The notes beneath the pieces were generated by a model. That model did not search any database. It was given only the letters and a program-made list of their open reading frames with translations, and had not been told where the DNA came from. From assembly GCA_016932385.1 (NCBI GenBank), contig JAFGCY010000095.1, positions 59,306 to 123,305 of the forward strand: DNA of 64,000 nucleotides, in the 5' to 3' direction. The stretch is from a bacterium. Its GTDB lineage: Bacteria; 4484-113; JAFGCY01. This document shows positions 1 to 9,476 of this stretch, piece after piece (the stretch's first letter is position 1; each line of letters begins with the position of its first letter). The position numbers and the translations under genes are program-made.

Positions 1-2373
1 AATCGCGAAATAAATATCGATCTCGGGCGACTCCTCCGTATTGTAAACAATCGCCGGCCGGCCGTTGATTTCGGCAATCCATAAGCGCGTGCTACCGAAA
101 GCGTTGTCAGTGACCAATTCCGCCGTTTCCGGCCAGTCGCTACCGGTAGCATCCAAGGCTCGTTTGTAATATAGGTCCTTCTTACCTGATGTGTTATTCG
201 GGCCTCCAGTATAAGCCACAGCGGGCTTTTCGTTGATTACTGCCATTCGGTAGTCCGACAAGATAAACTGGAGTGAATCTAATAGGATCCTATTTTCAGA
301 ATCCCAGGATGAGCCGGAGGTATCCTCAGCGCGAAGGTAATACAGGGGGCGGACGCTCTCCGGCAGAAAATCGGAATACAAAATCGCCGGCCGGCCGCTG
401 ACCAATTGTAGTGTAGGGGAGTATGCCAGTTCGATTCCAGTATCAACCGTCGTCTGGTGCCAGGTTGATCCGAAGGCATCATCAGCCCAGCAATAGGATA
501 GGCAGCCGCCATTGGACGGGTCCTTGTAGCATAGGCCGGGCGCGTTGTTGATATTGGCTAAGTCAAGTATCGTAAAGTTGTTTTCGTTGATTTGCATAAG
601 ACTCGACCAGACCGCGCCAGTATTATCGTTGGCCCTTCGGTAGACATGACCGGTCGGTGTGCCCGACGTGCCGAAGCTGACGGCCGGGCTGCCATCGATG
701 AAAGCGGCGCCATACTCGTAGACAGGCCCTTCAGGCTGTCCGGCCGACACGGGGGTTATCCAACTGGTGCCGTTAGCATCGGTGGCTCGGACATAGAGCA
801 ACCCCCCCTCGCCGAGATAGACAATTGCCGGCGGCCCACATGTCTCCAGGGTTTTCATAAATACGGACATGTAACCGCCGACTGTTTTGGGCGTTCCTGA
901 CCAACTGCTTCCAAGACCATTGTCAGCGCGCAAGAAGCGAACCTCGCTGGCCGTATTATCGTAATAAAAAATAGCTGGATAGCTTCCAGCACTTGTGAGC
1001 ATTGGATCAAACACATCTTGGTCCAGGATCACCGGGTAGACATGCCACTCGGGGCCGGTCCCGCCAACAACCAGGATCTTAGTGCCTGTATCCGTCGCGC
1101 CCAAGTCATCGGTGACGCGCACGGTCGGCTGGTAGGTGCCGGAGTTGTAGGTGTGATCCGCGGTGGCCGTGGTGCCGCTGTCCAGGTCGTAGGTGCCGTC
1201 GCCTTCCCAGTCCCATTCGTATTTCTCGATCGTGCCGTCAATATCGCTGCTGAGCGAGGCATCCAGCGACACGGCCAGCGGCTCGTCGCCGGAAGTGGGA
1301 TCGAGGCTCAGGCTGGCGACCGGTGGATCGTTACCCGGATTGGTCACGGTGACGGTGGCAAACTCGTTGTCCGTCGCGCCCAGGTCATCTGTGACGCGCA
1401 CCACCATGTTGTATGTTCCCGGCGTATCGAAGGTGTGATCGAACGTGGGCGTCGTGCCCGTGTCCGTCCACTCCCAGCCGGGGGCGAAGCCCGTCCACTC
1501 CCATTCATACTTGACGATCGAGCCATCGGGATCGTAGGAGCCGCCGGCATCGAAGGAGACATTCAGGGGAGCATCGCCGAAGTCCGGGGCGGCCGTGATA
1601 GCGGCGACCGGCGGTGTGTTGCCCGCCATGGGCACTTCGGCCCGTGAGCTGGGGGTGCCTTCCGTCGTGCCGTCGGTCGGCCGCACCCAGACGGAGGCAC
1701 CGGCGTTGAGCTGGGCAGCCTGGTAGCTGAACTGCTTGCGCGTGGTGCCGCCACCCGTGGCGGCGCTGAACGCCACCGTATCGATGAGCGTGGCCTGGCC
1801 GTTGCCGTCACCGGCGCTATCGGGATAATCACCGATGTCCGGACTCGTATAAAGGTTGTAGCCGGTGACGCTGCGGCCGAAGGCCTGGCCGATCGGGGTG
1901 ATGTCGTTGACGGTGATGAAACCGTCCTGGTTGCCGTCGACGCAGCTCAGCGCCGAGGAAGCAGCGAACGGTCCCGCCGCGCCGAAGTTCTGGCCCAGCG
2001 GCGTAATGTCGTTGACGGTAACGAAGCCGTCCTGGTTGTAGTCGCCGGTGCTGTAGTAATACCAGGTCAGCGTCAGGGTGCTTGCGTTAATGGATAAGGT
2101 GGTAGCGGAACGGTTGTCCTGGGGCGGTTCACTGGCGATCTTGCCTGCCGGATAGCCGGCCAACACATCGGCGAGCTGGCGCTTCAGCCCGGCGAACAGC
2201 TCGGGATCGACCCCCGGCGGGGTAGTGAGGTTCGCCAATTCCGCAGTCTCTGAATCAACCGTCAGCTCAGGCCGCTGGTTGTCCAGCGAGGCTGTCTGCG
2301 AATGCTGCCCTCCGCCCCCGCAGGCTGCGAGTAACATGCTGACTACGAACAATGCTGCCAGTTTCAGCCGCAT
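1..2373 (-). CDS. Secreted lipoprotein (partial, runs off the window start). It carries two dockerin-type repeats, PKD-like domains and beta-propeller-like repeats.
   Basis: My own reverse translation from the ATG at 2373 gives MRLKLAALFVVSMLLAACGGGG, a signal peptide with a lipobox. Two copies of NQDGF(V/I)TVNDITP(L/I)GQ(N/A)FG are dockerin type I Ca-binding repeats. DGSIVKYEWEW and DGTIEKYEWDW are PKD-like motifs. Repeated xGxPAIxY segments suggest propeller blades. The frame stays open to position 1. The ORF is absent from the track because there is no in-window stop. Confidence 0.6.
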   Translation of the reverse strand, partial: MRLKLAALFVVSMLLAACGGGGQHSQTASLDNQRPELTVDSETAELANLTTPPGVDPELFAGLKRQLADVLAGYPAGKIASEPPQDNRSATTLSINASTLTLTWYYYSTGDYNQDGFVTVNDITPLGQNFGAAGPFAASSALSCVDGNQDGFITVNDITPIGQAFGRSVTGYNLYTSPDIGDYPDSAGDGNGQATLIDTVAFSAATGGGTTRKQFSYQAAQLNAGASVWVRPTDGTTEGTPSSRAEVPMAGNTPPVAAITAAPDFGDAPLNVSFDAGGSYDPDGSIVKYEWEWTGFAPGWEWTDTGTTPTFDHTFDTPGTYNMVVRVTDDLGATDNEFATVTVTNPGNDPPVASLSLDPTSGDEPLAVSLDASLSSDIDGTIEKYEWDWEGDGTYDLDSGTTATADHTYNSGTYQPTVRVTDDLGATDTGTKILVVGGTGPEWHVYPVILDQDVFDPMLTSAGSYPAIFYYDNTASEVRFLRADNGLGSSWSGTPKTVGGYMSVFMKTLETCGPPAIVYLGEGGLLYVRATDANGTSWITPVSAGQPEGPVYEYGAAFIDGSPAVSFGTSGTPTGHVYRRANDNTGAVWSSLMQINENNFTILDLANINNAPGLCYKDPSNGGCLSYCWADDAFGSTWHQTTVDTGIELAYSPTLQLVSGRPAILYSDFLPESVRPLYYLRAEDTSGSSWDSENRILLDSLQFILSDYRMAVINEKPAVAYTGGPNNTSGKKDLYYKRALDATGSDWPETAELVTDNAFGSTRLWIAEINGRPAIVYNTEESPEIDIYFAI

Positions 2374-2506
2374 AAACCCATCCTCCACATCAGTACCGAC
2401 GCATGAGATTATAACCAGATAACTGCTTTCCTTATCACTAGCAGAAAGAACGTAAGCCACGCCCGGCGTAGCCGCTGCCTGATGATCAATCTTTAAGTGA
2501 TCGCAA

Positions 2507-4480
2507 TTAGTAACGGACGAAGAACCGCGCCTCGCCGGAGTTCGGGTAATCACCATAGGTGATGGAAATCATCGGCCGTCCGGCGTTGGTCACCAGCGAC
2601 AAGCCGTCCAGGTCTTCCACTTCATCGCTGAGGCAGTACGGAGTCTGCCAGGTACTGCCGGCGGCGTCACTCGCTTCCATGTACATGAGTTCTCTTTTGT
2701 TGCCCTCTGAACAGCCATAGGCGATAACTGGAATGCCATTCAAGACACCCGCTGCGAGGTTGTGGATGCTGTCCTCTACCACCGTAACCGGCGTATTCCA
2801 GGTTTGTCCTTCGGCATCCGCGGCGCGGACGAGTTTTACGCTGGTGGGAAGCATTTCGTGGTAAAGCGCGAACAGGATCGCAGGAAAGCCATCCGCGTTG
2901 ATCAACGATGCAAAGCAGACATTGCCAGCTTCGCCATCGACGGCGGTAACCGGTGCATACCAGTTGTTGCCGTAATTGTCCTGGGCTTGCGAGTAGTGCA
3001 GATCGGAGTCCGCCCAACAGATCGCCGGATTGCCGTTGATGATTTCCAGCGCGTGCACGTAGGTTCCCGAGGTCTCGGTCAATACGCTGTACTGCGACCC
3101 CTGCGGCCATTGCTCGCCAAGGTCGTCGGTTGCCCGCAGGTAGTGCAGCCCGGACTCGTCGCTACGCGCATAGGCTATCGCTGGATGGCCGTTGACGACC
3201 GCCAAGCTCGCCGAGTAGGCATAGGCGAAACCCGTGGCCCGCGATGTGATCAACACAGGCTCATTGAACGTTGTGCCATGCACCCGGGCAGCGTGCGTAA
3301 ACAGCAAGCTGTTGCCGGTGAAGCTTTCGATCAGCATACCCAGGCAACCATTCAGGGCACATAGATCGTATTCATTGAAGAATGGTTCGTAAGGCGCATA
3401 AGAAGGCGCGGCAGTGGGAGCCCAGGAAGTGCCGCTGTCGTTCAGCCCGTACTTGATCCGCATGCCCGTGATGTTTTTAGTATTGGCAAAGACGGGCTCG
3501 CTGTTTACCACGGCTAAGGCACCCGGATACCAGCCCTGGATCATGTCGATTTCCACCCAGTCGCCGGGAGCCGGCGGATCATTGATCGATAAGGATACGT
3601 ACGCTTCGTCGGTTGCGCCGTCGTCGTCCGTCACGACCACGCGGACGATGCCCGTTTCGCTGGTCGAAGCAAACATGTGCGTGATGACCGGGTCGGTCGT
3701 GGTCTGGTCGATTCCGCCGTCGTTATGGATATCCCAGGCGTATTCGACGATCGTGCCGTCGGTATCCGTGCTGGCGCTGGCATCGAAGGTGACCTCCGTT
3801 GGCACGGTGATGTAGCTGTGGCTGGCGGTTATTGCCGCTTCCGGCGGCCAGTTTGGCTCGTCACCAACGCACAGGTAGTACAGCCATGGCTGGGTGTCGC
3901 CGCAGACCTGAACCACCACGTACATTTCGTCATCATCGTTGAAATACGGCTCGGGCGCCGTTGGCATGACAGGCTGGCCCGTGATGTACTCAAACCAGTC
4001 CCATTCGTCATTGGCATAATTGGCCAGGCCGATCCAAGTACTCCCGGCCGCCGGCTCGGTGTACCAGTTGAAGCGCAAGGCGAAGTTCCCCTCGTATTCC
4101 GTGGGCAGGAAGCTGTAGTGGCAGTAAGCTGAAACATTTTCCTCCGCTAAGAAGTTGAGGCATGAGCCGAGTCGGTCGACATTCGCGTACGGCAGTTCCT
4201 CCAGATAGTCACTGCCGTAGCGGAAGGTGATTGGCTCGTCGTCGGATGCCGTGCGCACCAGGCCCGTCAGGTTAGCAGGATTAGTATCAGCGATGGTTCC
4301 GCCGTTGGCCTCGCCGGTGGTGTCACCCAGCGTCGTGTGGCCCCCACCACAGCTGACACAGGCGATCATCCCGAGCGCAGCCAGGATCGCCATAATCCAC
4401 GGGAATCTCGCGGCAGCAACCGCGTGCGTACCTACCGCCTGGTTTCCCCAGTAACTCCCTTTAAGCATATGAACCCCCAT
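2507..4480 (-). CDS. Secreted or lipoprotein PKD-domain protein with beta-propeller-like repeats; a paralog-like neighbour of the upstream dockerin protein.
   Basis: 657-aa ORF. The N-terminus has the hydrophobic segment MAILAALGMIACVSCGGG. The PKD-like motif FDASASTDTDGTIVEYAWD is present. Repeated NGxPAIxY/ARSDESG segments resemble the propeller repeats of ORF 1..2373. The true start may be an internal Met near 4393. Confidence 0.6.
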   Translation of the reverse strand: MGVHMLKGSYWGNQAVGTHAVAAARFPWIMAILAALGMIACVSCGGGHTTLGDTTGEANGGTIADTNPANLTGLVRTASDDEPITFRYGSDYLEELPYANVDRLGSCLNFLAEENVSAYCHYSFLPTEYEGNFALRFNWYTEPAAGSTWIGLANYANDEWDWFEYITGQPVMPTAPEPYFNDDDEMYVVVQVCGDTQPWLYYLCVGDEPNWPPEAAITASHSYITVPTEVTFDASASTDTDGTIVEYAWDIHNDGGIDQTTTDPVITHMFASTSETGIVRVVVTDDDGATDEAYVSLSINDPPAPGDWVEIDMIQGWYPGALAVVNSEPVFANTKNITGMRIKYGLNDSGTSWAPTAAPSYAPYEPFFNEYDLCALNGCLGMLIESFTGNSLLFTHAARVHGTTFNEPVLITSRATGFAYAYSASLAVVNGHPAIAYARSDESGLHYLRATDDLGEQWPQGSQYSVLTETSGTYVHALEIINGNPAICWADSDLHYSQAQDNYGNNWYAPVTAVDGEAGNVCFASLINADGFPAILFALYHEMLPTSVKLVRAADAEGQTWNTPVTVVEDSIHNLAAGVLNGIPVIAYGCSEGNKRELMYMEASDAAGSTWQTPYCLSDEVEDLDGLSLVTNAGRPMISITYGDYPNSGEARFFVRY

Positions 4481-4539
4481 ATGATTGCCGGCAATTTTCT
4501 GTATCTAAATTGTACCAGCACATCAGGGGTGACGGGCGT

Positions 4540-5988
4540 TTATTGCGGCCGTTCGTCCACGATGCGCGCTTCCTTGGGCTTGGTGTCCATGCCCAGCAGC
4601 TCGCTCAGCTCGGTGCGCCCGTAATGCTCGACCCGGTCCAGGCTGACCTCCGTCAGTTCCTTGAAGCTGCGCTTGATCGCATCTTCGAAACCAGCCTTGT
4701 CGGCATCGTCGGCCAGCGTTACGCGCAGGGTGATGATGTCGTTGCCCAGCTCCTGGCCGTCCGGCTTGGACAGCACCAGCTGCCAGTCGACGATCTCACG
4801 CTGGCCGTTGAAGAAGGAGAACATCTCGTTGAAGTCGACCAGCGTGCCTTTGACCTTCTTGATCTCGCTGACGCGGTAGAGCCCGGTGCCCAACAGCGGC
4901 AGGATCAGGCCGGTGTAGGGGCACTTGTCGTAGATCAGGCCTTCCTTGACGCGGTCGCCCGTGCGGTAGCGCAACACCACCGAGCCCGCGCCGCTGAGCT
5001 GCGTGAAGACGATCTCGCCGGGCTCGCCCTCGCCGACCGGCTCGCCCGTGTCCGGGTCGATGATCTCGAAAATCTCAAGGTCGGGATAGGTGGCGAACCG
5101 GCTGTCCGGCTCGTCGGCGGTTTCCGCCCAGGCATGCTTGGCCTCGGTGAAGCCGTAGATGTTGTGGATCTTGACGTCGGCGCAGCCGATCCGGGCGTAC
5201 TGCTCGCGCAGCTTGACCTTATGCTCCTCCGCGACGCGCTCCGCGCCGAGGATGATCTTGCGGATCGTCGTGATGCGGATACCCATCTCCTCGGCCAGCT
5301 GGCCCAGGTGCATGATGTAGCCGGGCGTGCCAACCAGGAAGGTCGGCTTGGTCCGCTCGCCGATTCGAAGCTGCGCCTCGCTGCCCATCACGCGCCCGCC
5401 GCCGCTGTGCAGCAGCATCAGGCCGACCTTCTGGCTGGCGTGGACCACCTGCCAGAACGCCAGGTGCGGCGCGAACGGCATCGCGTTCAGCCCGCGGTCG
5501 TGAGTACGCTCCAGCCCGACCATCCGGAACATGCGCTCGCCCGCGATCTGCAGCGCTTCCAGGTCGCTGATCGTGTAGACGAACGGGGTCGGCAGGCTGG
5601 TCCGGCCCGTGGTGAACGTGATGTGCACGGGCAGGTATTCGTCGAGTACCTGATCCTGGATTGTGCGCAGGAATAGCTTGCTCTTGGCCCACAGCGCGAT
5701 TTTGTCGGTGATTGTCAGGTCGTCGCGGATCTGAGCCGTGCTGGGCTGGAGGATGATGTCGCGATAGCGGTCTGGCTCCTCCTTGGAGGGCACGATATCC
5801 GCCTTCGTGGTGAACGGCAGCCGGCGCAGATCTTCCAGCTTGCGGATCGAATCCGGCTTGATTCCGTGCTGGTCGAACACGCGCTGGTAGTACGGGCAGT
5901 ACGGATAAACCTTTTTGGATAGGAACTGGTGCAGTTTACGTCCCTGACGTTCCTTGATCTCAGCAACCGGTATGTGGCCCCATGTCAT
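4540..5988 (-). CDS. Phenylacetate-CoA ligase family adenylate-forming enzyme (PaaK / coenzyme F390 synthetase-like).
   Basis: 482 aa. The N-terminus MTWGHIPVAEIKERQGRKLHQFLSKKVYPYCPYYQRVF and the overall length match the PaaK-like acyl-adenylate ligase family. The + strand ORF 4510..5676 is low-complexity antisense. Confidence 0.7.
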   Translation of the reverse strand: MTWGHIPVAEIKERQGRKLHQFLSKKVYPYCPYYQRVFDQHGIKPDSIRKLEDLRRLPFTTKADIVPSKEEPDRYRDIILQPSTAQIRDDLTITDKIALWAKSKLFLRTIQDQVLDEYLPVHITFTTGRTSLPTPFVYTISDLEALQIAGERMFRMVGLERTHDRGLNAMPFAPHLAFWQVVHASQKVGLMLLHSGGGRVMGSEAQLRIGERTKPTFLVGTPGYIMHLGQLAEEMGIRITTIRKIILGAERVAEEHKVKLREQYARIGCADVKIHNIYGFTEAKHAWAETADEPDSRFATYPDLEIFEIIDPDTGEPVGEGEPGEIVFTQLSGAGSVVLRYRTGDRVKEGLIYDKCPYTGLILPLLGTGLYRVSEIKKVKGTLVDFNEMFSFFNGQREIVDWQLVLSKPDGQELGNDIITLRVTLADDADKAGFEDAIKRSFKELTEVSLDRVEHYGRTELSELLGMDTKPKEARIVDERPQ

Positions 5989-6035
5989 ACCTTGTAGTGT
6001 AGCAGTTGGCGGCCCGGGTGTGGTTCACCCGCGGA

Positions 6036-6665
6036 CTATTCCGAGCGCGAGTGCGAGCGATTGCGCAGCTTGTCCAACCCCAAGGTGGAGTCGGCAAAGC
6101 CGCTGTCGATCGCCTGATCGATCAGATCCTGCATCGTGGTGATATAGGCCGGCCCGAGGATGTCGCACCAGCCGACCAGTTCGCCACCGGGGGCGAAGAC
6201 GTAGGTTGTCGGCCAGCCTTCTTCGAGGTAGCCATCACCGTATTCGCCGCTGTCGCCGATCAGGACCGGCAGGTCGAGCTCCCGTTCCTCGAGGAATTCG
6301 CGGACCTCGTCGGTCGAGCCGGTCACACTGAGCAGCATGTAATTGACTTTGTCGAGGTCCAGCTTGTCGTACAATGCCATCGCGTAGGGCATGTGCACGC
6401 GGCAATGCGGGCAGTCCGGGCCCCAGACGTGGACCACCAACGGCATGCCGTTGGTCAGGTCCGCCAGGGTCAGCACCTCGTCGGAGTACATTTCCGTCAA
6501 CTCGAAGTCGTAGTCGTCGGAATCCGCCACGGCCGGAGCGACGCCGACCAGCAGCGCGGCCATGGTCAGGATGAGCAAACCGCCTATTCCCGTTACATTT
6601 CTCATGTGAATCACAACCCCAAAGGTTACCAGATGGAAGCGAGGACTACCGATAGGTTTACCCAT
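6036..6665 (-). CDS. Secreted thioredoxin-fold thiol:disulfide oxidoreductase (TlpA/ResA-like).
   Basis: N-terminal hydrophobic signal. The CPHC active-site motif sits in VVHVWGPDCPHCRVHMPY, and the ~200 aa size fits a periplasmic redoxin. Confidence 0.6.
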   Translation of the reverse strand: MGKPIGSPRFHLVTFGVVIHMRNVTGIGGLLILTMAALLVGVAPAVADSDDYDFELTEMYSDEVLTLADLTNGMPLVVHVWGPDCPHCRVHMPYAMALYDKLDLDKVNYMLLSVTGSTDEVREFLEERELDLPVLIGDSGEYGDGYLEEGWPTTYVFAPGGELVGWCDILGPAYITTMQDLIDQAIDSGFADSTLGLDKLRNRSHSRSE

Positions 6666-6707
6666 TTTTAGTCAGTTTACTACTCAGCCGATGCTACAAT
6701 TTGCGCC

Positions 6708-8240
6708 ATGTTCAAACGAATCCTGGTCGCCAACCGCGGCGAGATTGCGATGCGCATCATTCGCACCTGCCGCGAGCTTGGTATCGAGTCCGTGGCGCTG
6801 TTCAGCGATGCGGACGCCAACGCCGTGCATATCGTCATGGCGGACTTCGCGGAAAACCTGCCGGGCAACTCGCCGGCGGAGACGTATCTCAACATCGATC
6901 TGATCATCGACATCTGTAAAAAATATAAGGTAGACGCCCTGCACCCGGGCTACGGATTCCTGGCGGAGAACGCCGATTTCGCCCAGGCCTGCGCCGACAA
7001 CGGCATCGTATTCATCGGTCCCAGCCCGCAGGCAATCCGCGACCTGGGCAACAAACTCAAGGCCAAGGAGATCGCCAGGGCCGCTGGCACGCCCACGGTA
7101 CCCGGCACCGAATCCGCCCTGACCGACGTCAAGGACGCCGAGGCCTTTGCCAAGGAGGCCGGATTTCCGCTGATGCTCAAGGCCGCCGCGGGCGGCGGCG
7201 GGCGCGGCATGCGGATCGTGCGCAATTTGGAGGAACTGCCCAAGCTGTTCACGAGTTGCCAGAACGAGGCCCGCGGCGCTTTCGGCAGCGACGAGATCTT
7301 CATCGAACGCTATATCGAGAAGCCCAAGCACATCGAGTTCCAGATCCTGGCCGATGAGCATGGCAACTGCATCCATCTCGGCGAGCGCGACTGCAGTATC
7401 CAGCGCCGCCACCAGAAGCTGATCGAGGAAGCCCCCAGCCCGGCCCTGACGCCGGAACTACGCGAGGAGATGGGGGCGACGGCGGTGGCCCTGGCCAAGG
7501 CCGCGGGCTACTCCAACGCGGGTACGGTGGAGTTCCTGCTCGACCAGGAGAACCGCTATTACTTTATGGAGATGAACACGCGGCTGCAGGTCGAACACCC
7601 GGTCACCGAGATGGTGACCTTCGTCGATCTGGTCCAGGCGCAGCTCCTGATCGCCGCCGGCAACCCGCTGCATATCAAGCAGGAGGACGTGCAGATCCGC
7701 GGCTGGGCGTTCGAGGCGCGGATCAACGCCGAGGACCCGCTACGCGGCTTCGTGCCCGACATGGGCACCCTGAAGCGCTACCTGCCGCCGGCCGGCGGCG
7801 GCATCCGGCTGGACAGCGGCGCCTATGAAGGCTATACGATCCCCAGCCACTACGACAGCATGGTCGGCAAGCTGATCGCCTTCGCCCGTACGCGCGAGAA
7901 GGCGATGGCCAAGATGCTCCGCGCGCTGGACGAGTACGTGATCACGGGCGTGCGCACGACCATCCCGTTCCACAGCTACGTATTCAAGCATCCCGCCTTT
8001 ACCAGCGGCAATTTCCATACGGGTTTCATCGAGGAGCACTTCAGCGACGAGAAGATCAGCGAGTTGATGAGCGGCTCCGGCGAAGGCGAGTCCAACGAGC
8101 ACATCGGCCTGGCCGCCGCCCTTCAGTATTACATGGAACGCACGGCGCTGATCACGACCAACGAGCAGCAGGATGAGGAAGCCTCCTTGCGCTGGAAGCT
8201 CATCCACCGCCTGGGATCGACTTCCTACCTGCCGAGGTAA
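6708..8240 (+). CDS. accC: Biotin carboxylase (ATP-grasp), the acetyl/propionyl-CoA or pyruvate carboxylase biotin carboxylase subunit.
   Basis: MFKRILVANRGEIAMRIIRTCRELGIESVALFSDADANAVH is a canonical AccC N-terminus, followed by an ATP-grasp core; 510 aa. Confidence 0.9.
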   Translation: MFKRILVANRGEIAMRIIRTCRELGIESVALFSDADANAVHIVMADFAENLPGNSPAETYLNIDLIIDICKKYKVDALHPGYGFLAENADFAQACADNGIVFIGPSPQAIRDLGNKLKAKEIARAAGTPTVPGTESALTDVKDAEAFAKEAGFPLMLKAAAGGGGRGMRIVRNLEELPKLFTSCQNEARGAFGSDEIFIERYIEKPKHIEFQILADEHGNCIHLGERDCSIQRRHQKLIEEAPSPALTPELREEMGATAVALAKAAGYSNAGTVEFLLDQENRYYFMEMNTRLQVEHPVTEMVTFVDLVQAQLLIAAGNPLHIKQEDVQIRGWAFEARINAEDPLRGFVPDMGTLKRYLPPAGGGIRLDSGAYEGYTIPSHYDSMVGKLIAFARTREKAMAKMLRALDEYVITGVRTTIPFHSYVFKHPAFTSGNFHTGFIEEHFSDEKISELMSGSGEGESNEHIGLAAALQYYMERTALITTNEQQDEEASLRWKLIHRLGSTSYLPR

Positions 8241-8243
8241 GCC

Positions 8244-8777
8244 ATGAATATTCTCAGCCAAGTCAACGAAGAAAACTTCGATATCGAGATCGCGATCGAT
8301 CCGAACCGCGAGAACTGCTTCTGCGCCACGATCGACGGCCGCGAGGTGGAACTGAAGATCATCGAGGCCAAGCCCTCCAGCCTGACGCTGTCGATCGACG
8401 GCTGCGTGCGCTTCTACGAGTTCTACAAGGAGAAGGGCCGGATCAATACCGTCGCCCACGACAACCGCTTCTTCAAGGTCCGCCTGCGCAACCGCCAGCA
8501 GGACCAGCTGGAGCAGCTCCTGGAGGAATTCGGCGCCGGCATGGGCGGCACCGCCACCGATACGCGGATCATGGCCCCGATGCCCGGCAAGATCCTCGGC
8601 CTCAACGTCAAGGCAGGCGACAAGGTCCAGCTGGGCCAGGTGGTGCTGGTGCTCGAGGCGATGAAGATGGAGAACGAGATCAGCTCGACCGTCGAAGGCA
8701 AGGTGACCAAGATCAACGTCAAGGTTGGCGACATCGTCAACAACGGCGATATCATGATCGAGACCGAGCAGCTCTAG
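8244..8777 (+). CDS. accB: Biotin carboxyl carrier protein / biotinyl-domain protein.
   Basis: The C-terminal biotinyl domain carries the EAMKMENEI biotin-attachment motif (AMKM). The gene lies 3 nt downstream of accC. Confidence 0.8.
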   Translation: MNILSQVNEENFDIEIAIDPNRENCFCATIDGREVELKIIEAKPSSLTLSIDGCVRFYEFYKEKGRINTVAHDNRFFKVRLRNRQQDQLEQLLEEFGAGMGGTATDTRIMAPMPGKILGLNVKAGDKVQLGQVVLVLEAMKMENEISSTVEGKVTKINVKVGDIVNNGDIMIETEQL

Positions 8778-8779
8778 GC

Positions 8780-9349
8780 TTAACCCGCCTCGCCGTCGTC
8801 CGCGATGAACCCGGTCCGGTAGGCCGTGCCGGTGATGAACGCGCGGGCGACCTTCTGGTATTTGTGCGCCCAGGTGGCCAGGCTTGCGCTGACCTCCGCC
8901 GGCAGTTCCTTTTTGAGCTTGGCCGGCACGCCGGCAACCAGGCTGCCCGCCGGCACCTGCATGCCCTCCGGCACCAGCGCTCCCGCCGCGACAATGCTGC
9001 CCGCGCCGATCACCGCGCCGGTCAGCACGATCGCGCCCATGCCGATCAGGCTGCCGTCCTCGACCACGCAGCCGTGCAGGATCGCGTTGTGGCCGACGGT
9101 GACGTGGCGCCCGACGAGGCAGGGGTAGCCGTCGTCGACGTGCAGCATCGAGAGGTCCTGGATGTTGGAACCGGCGCCGACCTCGATCCGGTTGATGTCG
9201 CCGCGCAGCACGCAGTTGTAGAACACACTGGCGTTTTTGTGGACCTTCGTCTCGCCGATCACGACGGCGGTCGGGGCGATGAAGGCCGAAGCATGGATCT
9301 CCGGCCAGGTCTCGCCGTAGGGCAGGATCACGGGTTCAGGCTTGCTCAT
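8780..9349 (-). CDS. Gamma-class carbonic anhydrase family / left-handed beta-helix hexapeptide-repeat protein.
   Basis: MSKPEPVILPYGETWPEIHASAFIAPTAVVIGETKVHKNASVFYNCVLRGDINRIEVGAGSNIQD...HGCVVEDGSLIGMGAIVL is the typical gamma-CA/PaaY signature. The track ORF extends to 9409, but the Met at 9349 fits the family N-terminus. Confidence 0.75.
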   Translation of the reverse strand: MSKPEPVILPYGETWPEIHASAFIAPTAVVIGETKVHKNASVFYNCVLRGDINRIEVGAGSNIQDLSMLHVDDGYPCLVGRHVTVGHNAILHGCVVEDGSLIGMGAIVLTGAVIGAGSIVAAGALVPEGMQVPAGSLVAGVPAKLKKELPAEVSASLATWAHKYQKVARAFITGTAYRTGFIADDGEAG

Positions 9350-9476
9350 GGCGGGATAGAATACCAAACGCGGCGGGGGATTATTGCCTGGCATCATCTT
9401 CGATAACACATACCGGCACCGTGAAAGGTATTACTGACTAGACAGGCATTGCTAGTTGCTGCAGGAGGTACTGAAT

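Noticed and set aside
4510-5676. 388-aa + strand ORF overlapping the PaaK-like gene.
   Set aside because: The minus-strand frame carries the recognisable adenylate-forming ligase sequence. The + frame is low-complexity (LLRPFVHDARFLGLGVHAQQ...).
6684-7412. 242-aa minus-strand ORF, and overlaps at 7740..8459 and 8864..9406.
   Set aside because: They are antisense to accC, the BCCP gene or the gamma-CA gene, each of which has clear family signatures.
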